A stretch of 45,341 nucleotides of DNA from Methanobacteriota archaeon (lineage in GTDB: Archaea > Halobacteriota > Methanosarcinia > Methanosarcinales > Methanogasteraceae), in NCBI GenBank assembly GCA_048634345.1, contig JAIWAP010000002.1:1-45341 (forward strand), given 5' to 3'. The position numbers and the translations under genes were made by a program. The notes under the pieces were generated by a model. That model did not search any database and was not told the origin of the DNA. It worked only from the letters and a program-made list of their open reading frames with translations. How positions within the stretch are numbered: position 1 is the stretch's first letter; every line of letters starts with the position of its first letter. Below, one piece after another: positions 15,779 to 26,069 of this stretch.

Positions 15779-16549
15779 TCATTTCCCGTCATTCAATCTG
15801 CCTATCGCGTACCTGAGCCCTTCCTGCATGTCTGCCATCGTGGTCAGGTCACCGATGTCGGCGCCCAGATGGATTATCGTCTGCGCAATATCCGGACCGA
15901 TGCCAGTCATTATGCATTCCGCGCCAAGCAGCCTCGACGCGCTCACAATCTTCAGTAGATGGCTCGTCACATTGGTATCGACCGAACGGACACCGGTGAT
16001 GTCGAGTATGACAAACTCTGACTGGGTCGCAACGATTCGCTCAAGCAGGATCTCGGTTATGGTCTGCGCCCTCTTGCTGTCGATCGACCCGATCAGGGGA
16101 AGCGCAAGCACCCTGTCCCATATCTGGACAACCGGTGTTGAGAGCTCCTCCTGCGCTGCTTTGAGCTGGTTTGCAAGCACGGTAAGCTCCTGTTCTCGCG
16201 CCAACACATCTGTTATGTCTCGTATTGTCATGAGCGCCCCGAAATACTCGCCATTCGAATGCACGCCAGCGACCGCTATATCCAAACTTCTGCCAGCAAC
16301 ATCGAGCGTCGTTTTGACCACCTCGGCGGAGCTCGATTTTAGTCGGTCAAGTGCCTCGATCATGTCCTGTTGTTGTGACTGCGGATGACATGCAAGAATA
16401 TCCTTCCCGATAATATCTTCCGGGAGGTTTAGCAGGGTCTCTGCACGTTCGTTCACGAACTCGATTTTGCCGCCCGGATTCACAAGGATCACTCCATCGG
16501 CAATACATGCAAGTATCGCCTCCAGTTTCTTCTTATCCACTATTATCAC
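15779..16549 (-). CDS. PAS domain plus RsbR-type STAS domain protein
   Basis: N-terminal PAS (ILACIADGVILVNPGGKIEFVNERAETLL). C-terminal LSTPVVQIWDRVLALPLIGSIDSKRAQTITEILL...FVILDITGVRSVDTNVTSHLLKIVSASRLLGAECIMTGIGPDIAQTIIHLG closely follows the RsbR C-terminal pattern. Confidence 0.8.
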   Translation of the reverse strand: MIIVDKKKLEAILACIADGVILVNPGGKIEFVNERAETLLNLPEDIIGKDILACHPQSQQQDMIEALDRLKSSSAEVVKTTLDVAGRSLDIAVAGVHSNGEYFGALMTIRDITDVLAREQELTVLANQLKAAQEELSTPVVQIWDRVLALPLIGSIDSKRAQTITEILLERIVATQSEFVILDITGVRSVDTNVTSHLLKIVSASRLLGAECIMTGIGPDIAQTIIHLGADIGDLTTMADMQEGLRYAIGRLNDGK

Positions 16550-17786
16550 CCATTCTGTGCTTTGGCAATGTAAAATAAAATGCGCTCCCTCCCCCGATCT
16601 CGCTCTCAGCCCAGATCTCGCCGCCGTGCAGCTCTATGTACCCTTTCGCAAGCGTGAGCCCGATTCCGATCCGGTCACAGTGTCTGGTAAGCGTCGCATC
16701 CGCCATAAAGAAGCGATCAAAGATTTTTGGCAGATTCTTCTTTGAAATTCCAACCCCGTTATCGCTAATCTTTGTAAGGACATCATCTCCGCGATCGTCC
16801 ATGGAAATCCGGATATTTCCGTCAATTCCCATGTAATATGCCGCATTAAACACAATATTATCCATGACGCGTGTGACCTTCTGTTGATCACAATCGATCA
16901 CCAACGACATCGGGATGTTCACGTCTACTGCATGGTTCTTTTCGGCGATCAATGCCTGATGCCGCGCAAGAACCTCGCTTACGACCTCGCATAACCGCAC
17001 CGGGGTATAGTTGAGCTTCAATATGCCTGCATCAAGGTCTGCGAGGTCGAGCATGTCGCCGAGCATCAATTTGAGTTTATTCGCATTGGTTTTTATATTA
17101 TAGATATAACGCTTCTGCTTGTCAGTGAGATTCGCAGACCGAGCATCGATCAGGTCACTGAACCCGATGACCGCGGCAAGTGGTGTGCGCATCTCATGTG
17201 CGACCACGTTGATGAAATCCACCTTCATCCGCTCCAGTTCTTCCCGCCCAGTCACCTCGTTTGCAATCTCTATGACCAGCCGGCTGCCATCGGGTAGGTG
17301 GAGTGGTGCAGCCGCTATCTCAAATATCCGCCCGTCTTTATCGGTAGCTGTGTATCTGAACTGGTCCTCGCCTTTGTGGATGATCTCCTTGACGCCACAG
17401 ATTTCGCATGGCTCATCCCGTCCGAAAAACACTTCATAGCACTTCTTGCCGACGCTGTTGCCAAATATCCTGATCAGGAACTCGTTCATGTACACGATCT
17501 CGTAGTTCTCGTTTTCGATTGCCACGCCGGCGGGCATATTCAAAAGCAGCAGTTCAAGCTCTTCCTTGCTATAATCTCCCGAGTCATCGACCTGTGCATG
17601 TGCCCCCATAATCCACCATAATATCATTATAAAGAAGGGTACATAAACGTTGAGGTCGATCGCTGCTGGGATTTTCTGGCAGGTGTTATCGGTTAGGGTA
17701 AGTTGCAGGTCAGATCCGTGCAACCTGCTCACATAAATATCGCTGCCGCATAATACGCCCCAAAGCAGAGAAGAAACACGCCGCAT
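16533..17786 (-). CDS. sensor histidine kinase (TM, Cys-containing PAS, HisKA, HATPase_c)
   Basis: H-box FINVVAHEMRTPL. N/G boxes VMDNIVFNAAYY, DNGVGI and GIGLTLAKG. The PAS domain contains CYEVFFGRDEPCEICG. The stop overlaps the start of the next gene by 17 nt. The annotated start overlaps the LysE gene by 58 nt, so the true start may be internal. Confidence 0.8.
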   Translation of the reverse strand: MRRVSSLLWGVLCGSDIYVSRLHGSDLQLTLTDNTCQKIPAAIDLNVYVPFFIMILWWIMGAHAQVDDSGDYSKEELELLLLNMPAGVAIENENYEIVYMNEFLIRIFGNSVGKKCYEVFFGRDEPCEICGVKEIIHKGEDQFRYTATDKDGRIFEIAAAPLHLPDGSRLVIEIANEVTGREELERMKVDFINVVAHEMRTPLAAVIGFSDLIDARSANLTDKQKRYIYNIKTNANKLKLMLGDMLDLADLDAGILKLNYTPVRLCEVVSEVLARHQALIAEKNHAVDVNIPMSLVIDCDQQKVTRVMDNIVFNAAYYMGIDGNIRISMDDRGDDVLTKISDNGVGISKKNLPKIFDRFFMADATLTRHCDRIGIGLTLAKGYIELHGGEIWAESEIGGGSAFYFTLPKHRMGDNSG

Positions 17787-18331
17787 CCTGCCAGAAATGT
17801 GCGGTATGTGCGATCAGACATCAATTTCCCGCCGCTGCTCGATATTATCGAAACAGAGACATACCAGACTATATCGGCGATCCAGTGTCCGATAATGAAG
17901 AGTAAGGCTGCAACAACGCCGATCTTGAGCCCGTCCATGACCATGCTGTTTCCGATGGTCAGCCACCAGACCAGGAAGTACGGGTTTGACACCGATGTCA
18001 GAGCGCCTGCGACGACCGGACTGCCAGTAATGCCCCTTTTCACGTCAAACGTGGCATTCCTCGACGAGCGTATCGTCATCATCCCGAAGATGATTAAAGC
18101 CCCGCCCCCCACGAGCGATACGATATCAAAGACTATATCATTTGCGATCGAGAATCCAAGCAATATTACGCCACAGATCAGGACTTCGACCGCCGCATGT
18201 CCAAGCACGATCAAATGACCCGCAGTCCAGCCTCTCCGAAGTGATGCCTCGATGGTCGCAAAGAGCATCGGTCCGGGGACGGCGGCTCCGGTAAGCCCGA
18301 TGAGAAACCCGATTGCAAGCAGCTCGATCAT
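17729..18331 (-). CDS. LysE/RhtB family amino-acid efflux protein
   Basis: 200 aa with about six hydrophobic helices. N-terminus IGFLIGLTGAAVPGPMLFATI is the LysE-family signature region. Confidence 0.75.
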   Translation of the reverse strand: MIELLAIGFLIGLTGAAVPGPMLFATIEASLRRGWTAGHLIVLGHAAVEVLICGVILLGFSIANDIVFDIVSLVGGGALIIFGMMTIRSSRNATFDVKRGITGSPVVAGALTSVSNPYFLVWWLTIGNSMVMDGLKIGVVAALLFIIGHWIADIVWYVSVSIISSSGGKLMSDRTYRTFLAGCGVFLLCFGAYYAAAIFM

Positions 18332-18364
18332 GCGTCATCTGCCATTTCATCATTCTGTGTTCTG

Positions 18365-19714
18365 TCATTCTGCCGCTTGGTCATGCGCCATGCTCTGTCC
18401 TGCATCGTCAGGTCTTGCACGGAGGCGTGCGGCATGTTCGATCCGCTGATCGATCAGCGCAGCAGTCCCGATGTCGGACCTTGCATAGAGGTCGCCGCGT
18501 ATCGCAGAAAGCCCGTGTGCTGCGATCTTCTCTGCATCCGCAATCGCCGGTGCGATCCCGACGACCGCAATCGCCCGCGATCCGGTGGTGTACACCGTCC
18601 CCCCCTCTTCATAAACGCTCGAATAGAATAGCACAGCATCCCCGGTATCGCCGATCTCGATGACCGAGTCCTTCACAGGGTTCTCAGGGTAGCCTGCCGG
18701 GACCAGATACTTGCAGACGGTTGCAAGACGCTCGAATTCAACATCCAGATCAGAGAGCGACTCATCCGCGACCGCCTGCAAGATGTCTGCAAAATCGGTC
18801 TTGAGCAGCGGAAGTACGTTCATCACCTCAGGATCGCCGAATCGTGCATTAAACTCGATTACCATGATTCCTTTTGCGGTCAACATGAACTGACCGTACA
18901 ATATGCCTTTGTATGCGCCGGCATCATCCCTGATCTTTTCGATGACATCACGCATGATCTCTTTCGCAGCCTCGTAGTCCTGTTCCTGCAGAAACGGCAG
19001 TATGTTGCCTGCGGCAGAATAAGAGCCCATGCTTCCGGTATTTGGTCCCTTGTCGCCGTCGTAAGCGCGTTTGTAATCCTGCACAGCCGGTGCAAATGCA
19101 AGCGTCCTGCCATCAGTGAATGCCTGCACCGTGAACTCCTCTCCCTCAAGATTTTCCTCGATTATGACCGGTCCATCACGCAGAACCTCGGAAGCGTACT
19201 CTTTTGCGCCGTTTATGTCAGAAAAATGATCCCCCATCACCCGGACTCCTTTTCCGCCTGTAAGCCCGGTCGGTTTCACGACAACATTGCCGAGTTTCTC
19301 GATGAACGCGTATGCTCCGGCATCATCGCCCTGCTCGAAGACCTCAAAGACCGGGCACCCGCTGATATTGTGCCTGCGCATGAACCTGCGAGCATACGCT
19401 TTGTCAAGCTCGATCTGCGCAGGTGCGAGTTTCGGTCCGAGGCACGGAAACCCTTCACATTCGAGCACGTCCGCAAGTCCGATCGCGAGCGGTGCTTCAG
19501 GACCGATCACGACAAAATCGACGCTCTTTGATCTTGCATAAGGGAGAATGTCCTCGACAGTCTCCTTTGCAATCAGGAAATCCCTGCACAATCCCGCTAT
19601 CCCGGGGTTCTTCTTGCTCATAACCGCATACAGATCAGAACTGCGGCTGCCGCGTGCGATCGTCTCTGCAATCGCATGTTCTCTGCCTCCGCCGCCGATG
19701 AGTAATATCTTCAT
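18365..19714 (-). CDS. purD: phosphoribosylamine--glycine ligase
   Basis: [22 protein letters not shown] at the internal ATG (cat at 19712-19714), followed by an ATP-grasp body ([38 protein letters not shown]). The 60-codon upstream extension in the ORF track would run into the proS promoter and is discarded. Confidence 0.9.
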   Translation of the reverse strand: MKILLIGGGGREHAIAETIARGSRSSDLYAVMSKKNPGIAGLCRDFLIAKETVEDILPYARSKSVDFVVIGPEAPLAIGLADVLECEGFPCLGPKLAPAQIELDKAYARRFMRRHNISGCPVFEVFEQGDDAGAYAFIEKLGNVVVKPTGLTGGKGVRVMGDHFSDINGAKEYASEVLRDGPVIIEENLEGEEFTVQAFTDGRTLAFAPAVQDYKRAYDGDKGPNTGSMGSYSAAGNILPFLQEQDYEAAKEIMRDVIEKIRDDAGAYKGILYGQFMLTAKGIMVIEFNARFGDPEVMNVLPLLKTDFADILQAVADESLSDLDVEFERLATVCKYLVPAGYPENPVKDSVIEIGDTGDAVLFYSSVYEEGGTVYTTGSRAIAVVGIAPAIADAEKIAAHGLSAIRGDLYARSDIGTAALIDQRIEHAARLRARPDDAGQSMAHDQAAE

Positions 19715-19851
19715 GCTTCTCGAGTTTGTGTAAATGGCGCATAAGAGTTTTGCCGGAGCCTCGCCATGTTTTGCGAAGACCGTTAGACCGTTGTGCGCTT
19801 GAAAGTCCCTCCGGCAAAGGTTTATGTCCATGACCCCCGACTTTTTAGTTA

Positions 19852-21294
19852 ATGGAAAAAAATGCGCAGCAGCCAAAACTTCCACCGAAGTCACGCTTCA
19901 GTGAGTGGTACCACGAGCTGCTCGCTGCGGCGGAGATCATGGATATCAGATACCCGGTCAAGGGTCTGTATGTGTGGTATCCATTCGGATTTTCATTACG
20001 AAATAAGATTTACTCGATCATACGGGAACTCCTGGACAACGACGGTCACGAAGAGGCGTTGTTCCCACTTTTAATCCCTGAAAATGAATTTATGAAGGAA
20101 GCCGAGCATATAAAGGGATTTGAGGATGAGGTTTACTGGGTCACGCATGGAGGCACCGCGCCGCTGGACGTGAAACTCGCGCTCAGACCCACGAGCGAGA
20201 CCGCGATCTATCCGATGTACAAGCTCTGGATCAGGTCACATGCGGACATGCCGCTTAAGCTCTACCAGATCGTGAACACCTTCAGGTACGAGACCAAGCA
20301 CACGCGTCCGCTCATCCGCCTGCGTGAGATCACGTCGTTTAAGGAGGCGCACACCGTGCATACCGACTGGGATGATGCGGCAAAACACGTAGATCGGGCG
20401 GTCGAGCTTTACCAGGAGTTTTACAGAAGGCTTGGAGTCCCAACTGTCGTTTCAAAGCGTCCTCCCTGGGATAAGTTCCCGGGCGCGGATTACACGCTTG
20501 CAGTCGATACCTTGATGCCTGACGGCAAGGTTTTGCAGATAGGGACGGCGCATCATCTCGCAGACCACTTTGCAAAGACATTCGAGATCACTTACGAGGA
20601 TCCAACCGGCGAGCAGATATATGCGCACCAGACCTGCTACGGCATATCAGAACGATCCGTGGCTGCCGTGATAAGCGTGCATGGCGATGATCGCGGGCTT
20701 GTGCTGCCTCCTGAGGTTGCACCTGTGCAGGTGGTGATCGTGCCGATCCTGTTTGGTGACCACGATGTGAATGAGACGGTACTGGAGGCGTGCAGGTCCC
20801 TGCGTGACCGGTTCACAGATCATGGGCTTCGTGTCAGGATCGATGATAGTGATGATCGCCCTGGTGCCAAATACTACCGGTGGGAACTGCGGGGCGTTCC
20901 GGTGCGAGTCGAGCTTGGACCAAGAGACCTCGCAAAGAACTCGTGTATGCTGGTGCGCAGGGACACAGCAGAGAAACGATCGGTGTCGATCGACCTGATA
21001 CCCGGCGAGGTGCAAGACTGCATGGACGCGGTGGTAACTGATATGTACCACGCCGCCAGAGATGCGTTAGACTCGAGAATCTTTGACTGCGAGACACTGG
21101 AAGAGGTATCAGAGAGAACAGCTAACGGGATTGCACGGATATGCTGGTGTCTTGACGATGATTGCGGGCGCGAGATGGAAGATATGACCGGCGTCCACAT
21201 ACTCGGGATACCGGTCGAGCCACAGGGAAAGACCGGACCGTGCCCGATCTGCGGAAGAGATGGGACCCCGGTGCTGATGGCTCGAACATATTGA
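19852..21294 (+). CDS. proS: proline--tRNA ligase (archaeal/eukaryotic type)
   Basis: 480 aa. [32 protein letters not shown], class II motifs ([30 protein letters not shown]) and a C-terminal Zn-binding segment CWC...CPICG. Confidence 0.9.
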   Translation: MEKNAQQPKLPPKSRFSEWYHELLAAAEIMDIRYPVKGLYVWYPFGFSLRNKIYSIIRELLDNDGHEEALFPLLIPENEFMKEAEHIKGFEDEVYWVTHGGTAPLDVKLALRPTSETAIYPMYKLWIRSHADMPLKLYQIVNTFRYETKHTRPLIRLREITSFKEAHTVHTDWDDAAKHVDRAVELYQEFYRRLGVPTVVSKRPPWDKFPGADYTLAVDTLMPDGKVLQIGTAHHLADHFAKTFEITYEDPTGEQIYAHQTCYGISERSVAAVISVHGDDRGLVLPPEVAPVQVVIVPILFGDHDVNETVLEACRSLRDRFTDHGLRVRIDDSDDRPGAKYYRWELRGVPVRVELGPRDLAKNSCMLVRRDTAEKRSVSIDLIPGEVQDCMDAVVTDMYHAARDALDSRIFDCETLEEVSERTANGIARICWCLDDDCGREMEDMTGVHILGIPVEPQGKTGPCPICGRDGTPVLMARTY

Positions 21295-21456
21295 AAACAA
21301 AGTGAGGGATTGATATTAAACTGAAAAAACGATCTGTTTTGCGGAAAGTAAACAGAAATAGGGATGTTAATGGCGTTGAAGCAGTAGATGACCCGGAAGC
21401 CAGCACAGTCAGCACAGGAGAATATGGGTTCGAATTTAGAGTCAGAGAACACTGGC

Positions 21457-22008
21457 ATGTTTGTACTCCCTGGTGATTCGATAGGCGCGACCGAGGAGTT
21501 TCGTGCTGGTGCGCAGACGTATGAGAGCGCGGGTAATATCTATGCAACCGTCGCAGGGACGGTTAAAACCGATAACAGAGACCGAACCATCTCTGTAATC
21601 CCGGGTACAAGTACTCCACCGGTCCTCAAGCGAGGAGACGTGGTTATCGGGCAGGTTACCGGGCTGCGGGACTCGCTCGTACTGGTGGCGATTGCCGGGG
21701 TGAGAGGAGTTACTGATCGGGCGATTCCTGATGTGGGACCCGCCGTAATCCATGTATCCAACATCAAGAAGGCGTATGTCAAGGATATCTCGCGTGAGTT
21801 CGGATTATTCGACATCGTGAAGGCGAGGATCACCGATCTCAGGAACATGCGTCTTGACACGTCAGAACCTGAACTCGGGGTCATGAAAGCGCTCTGCTCG
21901 AGATGCAGGACCGCGATGACACAGAATGGCTCCAGACTGGTGTGTCCGGAGTGCAACCAGGTAGAAACACGGAAAATGTCCACGGATTATAGAACCGGCG
22001 TCATCTGA
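21457..22008 (+). CDS. csl4: exosome complex RNA-binding subunit Csl4
   Basis: MFVLPGDSIGATEEF...NIYATVAGTV is the N-terminal domain, followed by an S1-like core (GDVVIGQVTGL) and a C-terminal zinc ribbon CSRC...CPEC. The start is taken at the internal ATG (M24 of the ORF). Confidence 0.8.
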   Translation: MFVLPGDSIGATEEFRAGAQTYESAGNIYATVAGTVKTDNRDRTISVIPGTSTPPVLKRGDVVIGQVTGLRDSLVLVAIAGVRGVTDRAIPDVGPAVIHVSNIKKAYVKDISREFGLFDIVKARITDLRNMRLDTSEPELGVMKALCSRCRTAMTQNGSRLVCPECNQVETRKMSTDYRTGVI

Positions 22009-22038
22009 GCCAGTGGTCAGAGTGATGAGATACAGAGG

Positions 22039-22161
22039 ATGAAAGATCAGGGCAACACATTCATCGAAAATATCCTGCGAGAAGGGAAGGAGATTAAAAT
22101 CAGTGACTTCCTCTCCGCAGTTCACTCAACCACCGACAAAATCATATTAGAGAAGCCATGA
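22039..22161 (+). pseudogene. 40-codon stub resembling the C-terminal end of a nucleotidyltransferase/HEPN-system protein
   Basis: MKDQGNTFIENILREGKEIKISDF... The FIExILxEGxxI ending is typical of C-termini of MNT/HEPN-pair proteins. The stop overlaps the ATG of the next gene. Weak call. Confidence 0.25.
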
Positions 22162-22556
22162 ACTCACTCGACGAAAAATTGAATAAAGCCATCGCAAGGA
22201 TCGATTCGTTGGATGATTTTGAAAAAGTTGAATTTGTTATTCAGTACGGTTCGTCTGTGAGCGGTATGATGACGGAAGACTCCGATATCGATCTGGCAAT
22301 CTATTATGATAGCAAAGACGACAGTGAATTAGCTCGATACAGATTTAAAGTACTTTCCAATCTTTTCGATGATATTTACGATATTCAAATCTTTCAACAG
22401 CTCCCTCTGTACGTAAGAACAGAAGTTCTAAAAGGAAATGCGATCTACTGCAAAGACCGAATTTTTTTATACGGTGTTGCGCGGCAGACGATAGAAGAAT
22501 TTGACGCATTTAAACACCGATACTACGACTATATCGGAGAGAGGCGCCTCGCATGA
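22158..22556 (+). CDS. mntA: minimal nucleotidyltransferase antitoxin (MntA-type)
   Basis: YGSSVSGMMTEDSDIDLAIYY matches the GSx(n)G...DxD Pol-beta superfamily motif. 132 aa. 4-nt overlap (ATGA) with the downstream DUF86 gene. Confidence 0.8.
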   Translation: MNSLDEKLNKAIARIDSLDDFEKVEFVIQYGSSVSGMMTEDSDIDLAIYYDSKDDSELARYRFKVLSNLFDDIYDIQIFQQLPLYVRTEVLKGNAIYCKDRIFLYGVARQTIEEFDAFKHRYYDYIGERRLA

Positions 22557-22996
22557 GGACGAGTCTTATACGAACAAAAGTAAAAGAGATAGAAGAGAGC
22601 CTTCAGGTGATAGAAGAGCATATACCAGATGATATTGAAGATTTTTTATCGCTTGGGATAATCAAAGATGGAATCTACAAAAGACTGGAATTTTGTATAG
22701 AAAACGTTTTTGACATATCTGCAGTCCTGAACGCAGATTACAATCTTGGGATTCCTGGCAGCGATGAAGATATTGTAGACAACTTGATCCGAAATAAGAT
22801 ATTGCCTGAAGATATGAAAGAGAAATTGGGATCCATGAAAGGGTTTAGAAACATCATGGTTCACAGATACGGAAAAATCGATGATAATCTTACTTTTAAT
22901 ATATTATCAGAACATCTTGGTGATTTCTATGAATTTATATCTCTGATCAACGATGTGATCTCCCGAAATGATTTCGCCATTGCCCGAGTAACCTGA
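22553..22996 (+). CDS. hepT: HEPN/DUF86 toxin (HepT-type)
   Basis: FRNIMVHRYGKIDD contains the Rx4HxY HEPN motif. 147 aa. Translationally coupled to the MNT gene. Confidence 0.8.
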   Translation: MRTSLIRTKVKEIEESLQVIEEHIPDDIEDFLSLGIIKDGIYKRLEFCIENVFDISAVLNADYNLGIPGSDEDIVDNLIRNKILPEDMKEKLGSMKGFRNIMVHRYGKIDDNLTFNILSEHLGDFYEFISLINDVISRNDFAIARVT

Positions 22997-23084
22997 TAAA
23001 CCCTCTGTATCGACACGTTCTTATTGTATAACAATCATGTGATAGTAAAATACAAACTAATAATAGAAACAGGAGTAACAAAAA

Positions 23085-25118
23085 ATGGATAACTTATTAT
23101 ATCTTGCACCTGCGGCAGGCATTCTCAGTCTGATATTTGCAGGTCTGTTCGCACGCACTGTCCTGAAGCAGCCAACCGGCACAAAAGAGATGCAGGAGAT
23201 TGCATCTGCGATTCAGGAGGGTGCGATGGCGTACCTGAACCGGCAGTACAGGACGGTTGCAATCGTTGCGATCATTCTGGCTGCTGCGATCTTTGTTCTG
23301 CTTGATGACGGGGCAAAGATTGCAGCCGGGTTCATTGCCGGCGCAATAGCCTCTGCTGCTGCGGGCTACATCGGAATGAACGTATCAGTTCGCGCAAACG
23401 TGAGAACTGCCAATGCCGCGAAAGGCGGAGTTGAGAAAGCACTCACCCTTGCGTTTCGGGGCGGCGCGGTGACCGGGCTTGCTGTCGTCGGTCTTGCGTT
23501 GCTTGGCACAAGCGGGTTCTACATATTATTCGGAGGAGTTCCCGAGAACGCCGATCTGATCATCGGTTTTGCGTTCGGTGCGAGCCTGATCAGCCTCTTT
23601 GCACGGGTCGGAGGCGGCATCTACACGAAGGCGGCAGATGTCGGCGCGGATCTCGTCGGCAAGGTGGAAGCAGGAATCCCGGAGGACGATCCGAGGAACG
23701 CGGCAGTGATTGCTGATAACGTCGGCGATAACGTCGGGGACTGTGCTGGAATGGGCGCAGACCTCTTTGAGACGTACGTTGTGACCGCACTTGCCGCGAT
23801 GCTTCTTGGTGCGCTCGTGATCGGCGAGTACCCAAATGCAGTCACATACCCACTGATGCTCGGGGCGGCTGCGATCGTGGCATCGATCATCGCAGTCTTC
23901 TGCGTCAGACTCGGCAAGGATGGGAAGATCATGCGTGCGCTCTACAAAGGCGTTGCAGCCGCGGCGCTGATCAGCGTTGTTGCGTTCTATTTCATCACAG
24001 ACTGGCTGATGGGTGGCGATATCAGGTTCTTTTATGCGACACTCGTCGGGATCGTGATCATGGTTTTGATCGTGATCATTACCGAATATTACACCGCAGT
24101 CAATTTCAGACCTGTTAAGACGGTTGCTCGTGCAGCAGAGACCGGGGCAGGTACAAACATCATTTCGGGGCTTGCAATCGGTCTTGAAAGCACTGTAATG
24201 CCGGTGATTGTGATCTGTGCCGGCATACTGGTCTCATTCTTTGTGGTTGGCGGACTGGACGATGCAGCCATCGGTGTGTACGGCATCGCTCTTGCGGCGG
24301 TCGCGATGCTCTCGACGACAGGGATCATCGTTGCACTCGATTCGTACGGACCGATCACAGACAACGCAGGCGGCATCGCAGAGATGGCTGCACTTCCACC
24401 GAGCACCAGGGATGTGACCGATCAACTCGATGCGGTCGGAAACACCACGAAAGCGGTGACCAAAGGTTATGCGGTCGGATCAGCCGCTCTCGGAGCGCTC
24501 GCACTCTTTGCGGATTACAGGCATCAGGTGGGTCTTGTTGACGCTGGTGCGCTCGGTCTGGATAACCCGATGGTACTGGTCGGGCTCTTCATCGGTGGGC
24601 TCCTTCCGTTCCTCTTCAGTGCTGTTACGATGAATGCGGTCAGTAAAGCTGCTTTTGAGATTGTGGAAGAAGTGCGGAGGCAGTTTCGGGAGATTCCGGG
24701 TATCATGGAAGGAACCACAAAACCGGAGTACGGGAAGGCTGTGGATATCGTGACAAAGGCTGCTATCAGGGAAATGGTGATTCCGGGCATTCTTGCGATC
24801 GGTGTGCCGCTTGCTGTCGGTATCGTGCTTGGTCCGGTTGCACTCGGCGGACTTCTCATCGGGATCATTGTTGTCGGTCTGCTGATGGCGCTATTCATGG
24901 CAAACAGCGGTGCCGCGTGGGATAACGCGAAGAAACTGATCGAGGATGGTGCGCACGGCGGCAAAGGCTCTGATGCTCACAAGGCGGCAGTAGTCGGCGA
25001 TACCGTCGGCGATCCGTTCAAGGACACATCAGGACCTGCATTGAATCCGTTGATCAAGGTGGTCAACATCATCGCGATACTCTTTGCCGGGCTCTTCATG
25101 CGAGGCGGGCTGATCTGA
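23085..25118 (+). CDS. hppA: membrane-bound H+-translocating pyrophosphatase, K+-independent type
   Basis: 677 aa, highly hydrophobic. Signatures [39 protein letters not shown] and [30 protein letters not shown] has Lys in the GNTT(A/K) position associated with K+ independence. Confidence 0.9.
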   Translation: MDNLLYLAPAAGILSLIFAGLFARTVLKQPTGTKEMQEIASAIQEGAMAYLNRQYRTVAIVAIILAAAIFVLLDDGAKIAAGFIAGAIASAAAGYIGMNVSVRANVRTANAAKGGVEKALTLAFRGGAVTGLAVVGLALLGTSGFYILFGGVPENADLIIGFAFGASLISLFARVGGGIYTKAADVGADLVGKVEAGIPEDDPRNAAVIADNVGDNVGDCAGMGADLFETYVVTALAAMLLGALVIGEYPNAVTYPLMLGAAAIVASIIAVFCVRLGKDGKIMRALYKGVAAAALISVVAFYFITDWLMGGDIRFFYATLVGIVIMVLIVIITEYYTAVNFRPVKTVARAAETGAGTNIISGLAIGLESTVMPVIVICAGILVSFFVVGGLDDAAIGVYGIALAAVAMLSTTGIIVALDSYGPITDNAGGIAEMAALPPSTRDVTDQLDAVGNTTKAVTKGYAVGSAALGALALFADYRHQVGLVDAGALGLDNPMVLVGLFIGGLLPFLFSAVTMNAVSKAAFEIVEEVRRQFREIPGIMEGTTKPEYGKAVDIVTKAAIREMVIPGILAIGVPLAVGIVLGPVALGGLLIGIIVVGLLMALFMANSGAAWDNAKKLIEDGAHGGKGSDAHKAAVVGDTVGDPFKDTSGPALNPLIKVVNIIAILFAGLFMRGGLI

Positions 25119-25236
25119 AACGCGAGGCGGCGCAGGTGCATTTGGGTGTACGCAAAAACCCATGCACCCGGCACCCCGGGCATCGGAGCGATGGCAGCGG
25201 ATTATTCATGCTGAAATGTGTGAATATCCGATATAA

Positions 25237-25298
25237 AACCACTATATTACACAAGATTAACACAGAAATCTTGTGGAAATCTGTGTAATCTTGTGGTT
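25237..25298. repeat. short CACAAGATT-word palindromic element abutting the truncated CDF gene
   Basis: cacaagattaacacagaaatcttgtggaaatctgtgtaatcttgtggtt. The right end aatcttgtggtt (25287-25298) is identical to 13988-13999, and cttgtggaaatctgtg matches ctcgtggaaatctgtg at 13970-13985. Confidence 0.5.
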
Positions 25299-25299
25299 C

Positions 25300-25740
25300 C
25301 TACCACAAGTTACCCGAACATGTACATGAAATCATTCCGACGAGGTAACTGCTCAGAAGCAGGGTGAAGAACAACGATATCAGTGCAACTATAATCGCGT
25401 ACGGGACATTTGTCAGGACGTTCATCGTGGTAAACTTCTCAACCGACGTGAGAATGATCTCGTATCCTGCGTAAATGATTGCAAGAGCGAGGAAGAGGCT
25501 CACGATATTCTCCGCCCTGTAAAATCCATAAGGAAACGTCTCTGTGGGCTTACGATCCGAAATCTTGAGACCTATGAGGACCCCGATGGAACTGATCACA
25601 TCCGTGAGTGAGTGGATCGCATCAGCAACCAGGGCGATACTTCCTGAAAGTGTGCCAGCAAGAAATTTGATTGCCGCCAGAAATGCAGTCACCGCTATGG
25701 ATATCAGGGCGGCTTTCTTATCTCTCGCTACATGCACCAT
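25300..25740 (-). pseudogene. cation diffusion facilitator (CDF) transporter, N-terminal ~half only
   Basis: ISIAVTAFLAAIKFLAGTLSGSIALVADAIHSLTDVISS...PYGFYRAENIVSL is the CDF TM1-TM3 signature. The ORF ends after ~146 aa by reading into the repeat element, whereas full-length CDFs are about 300 aa with a cytoplasmic C-terminal domain. Confidence 0.6.
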
Positions 25741-25983
25741 CAGGAAACAATTGACTGATAAACCTTTAACACTTACCTATCAAGTGCGCGTGTCACAACT
25801 GCGCAACTCCCTGTATAGGGTCATCGCGCCCGGGGGAGAAGTTGAATGTATGAATACCGATTTATCTCTACGAATAGTTTCAATACAGTTTTTAAAATAT
25901 TGGACATATCAGGCTCTTTGACAATTCGCGTTGCCGGGCATCTCATAGATGAATCCTGCCTATGTGATATTAAGTGCTTAGAG

Positions 25984-26069
25984 ATCACGAATGACACGAA
26001 TAAACGAATTTCACGAATGCTAAACCGGAATAAATTAGTGGCATTCGTCCGGGACGCGTAATTCGTGAT
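25984..26069. repeat. CACGAAT-word palindromic element
   Basis: atcacgaat (25984-25992) / attcgtgat (26061-26069) are the outer arms. acgaatgc (26013-26020) / gcattcgt (26041-26048) are the inner arms. Internal words: cacgaatgacacgaataaacgaatttcacgaat. Confidence 0.4.

Noticed and set aside
15648-16388. 246-aa plus-strand ORF (also 14433-14756, 14710-15177, 17799-18218, 20874-21458, 23621-23932, 24524-24964) inside well-supported genes
   Set aside because: These are antisense shadow ORFs. They have no motifs or start signals, and the opposite strand encodes recognisable STAS, kinase, LysE, ProRS and PPase sequences.
18365-19894. Full 509-aa ORF as purD
   Set aside because: The canonical PurD N-terminus [13 protein letters not shown] starts at codon 61. 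The extension has no homology-like features and would overlap the proS start region on the other strand.
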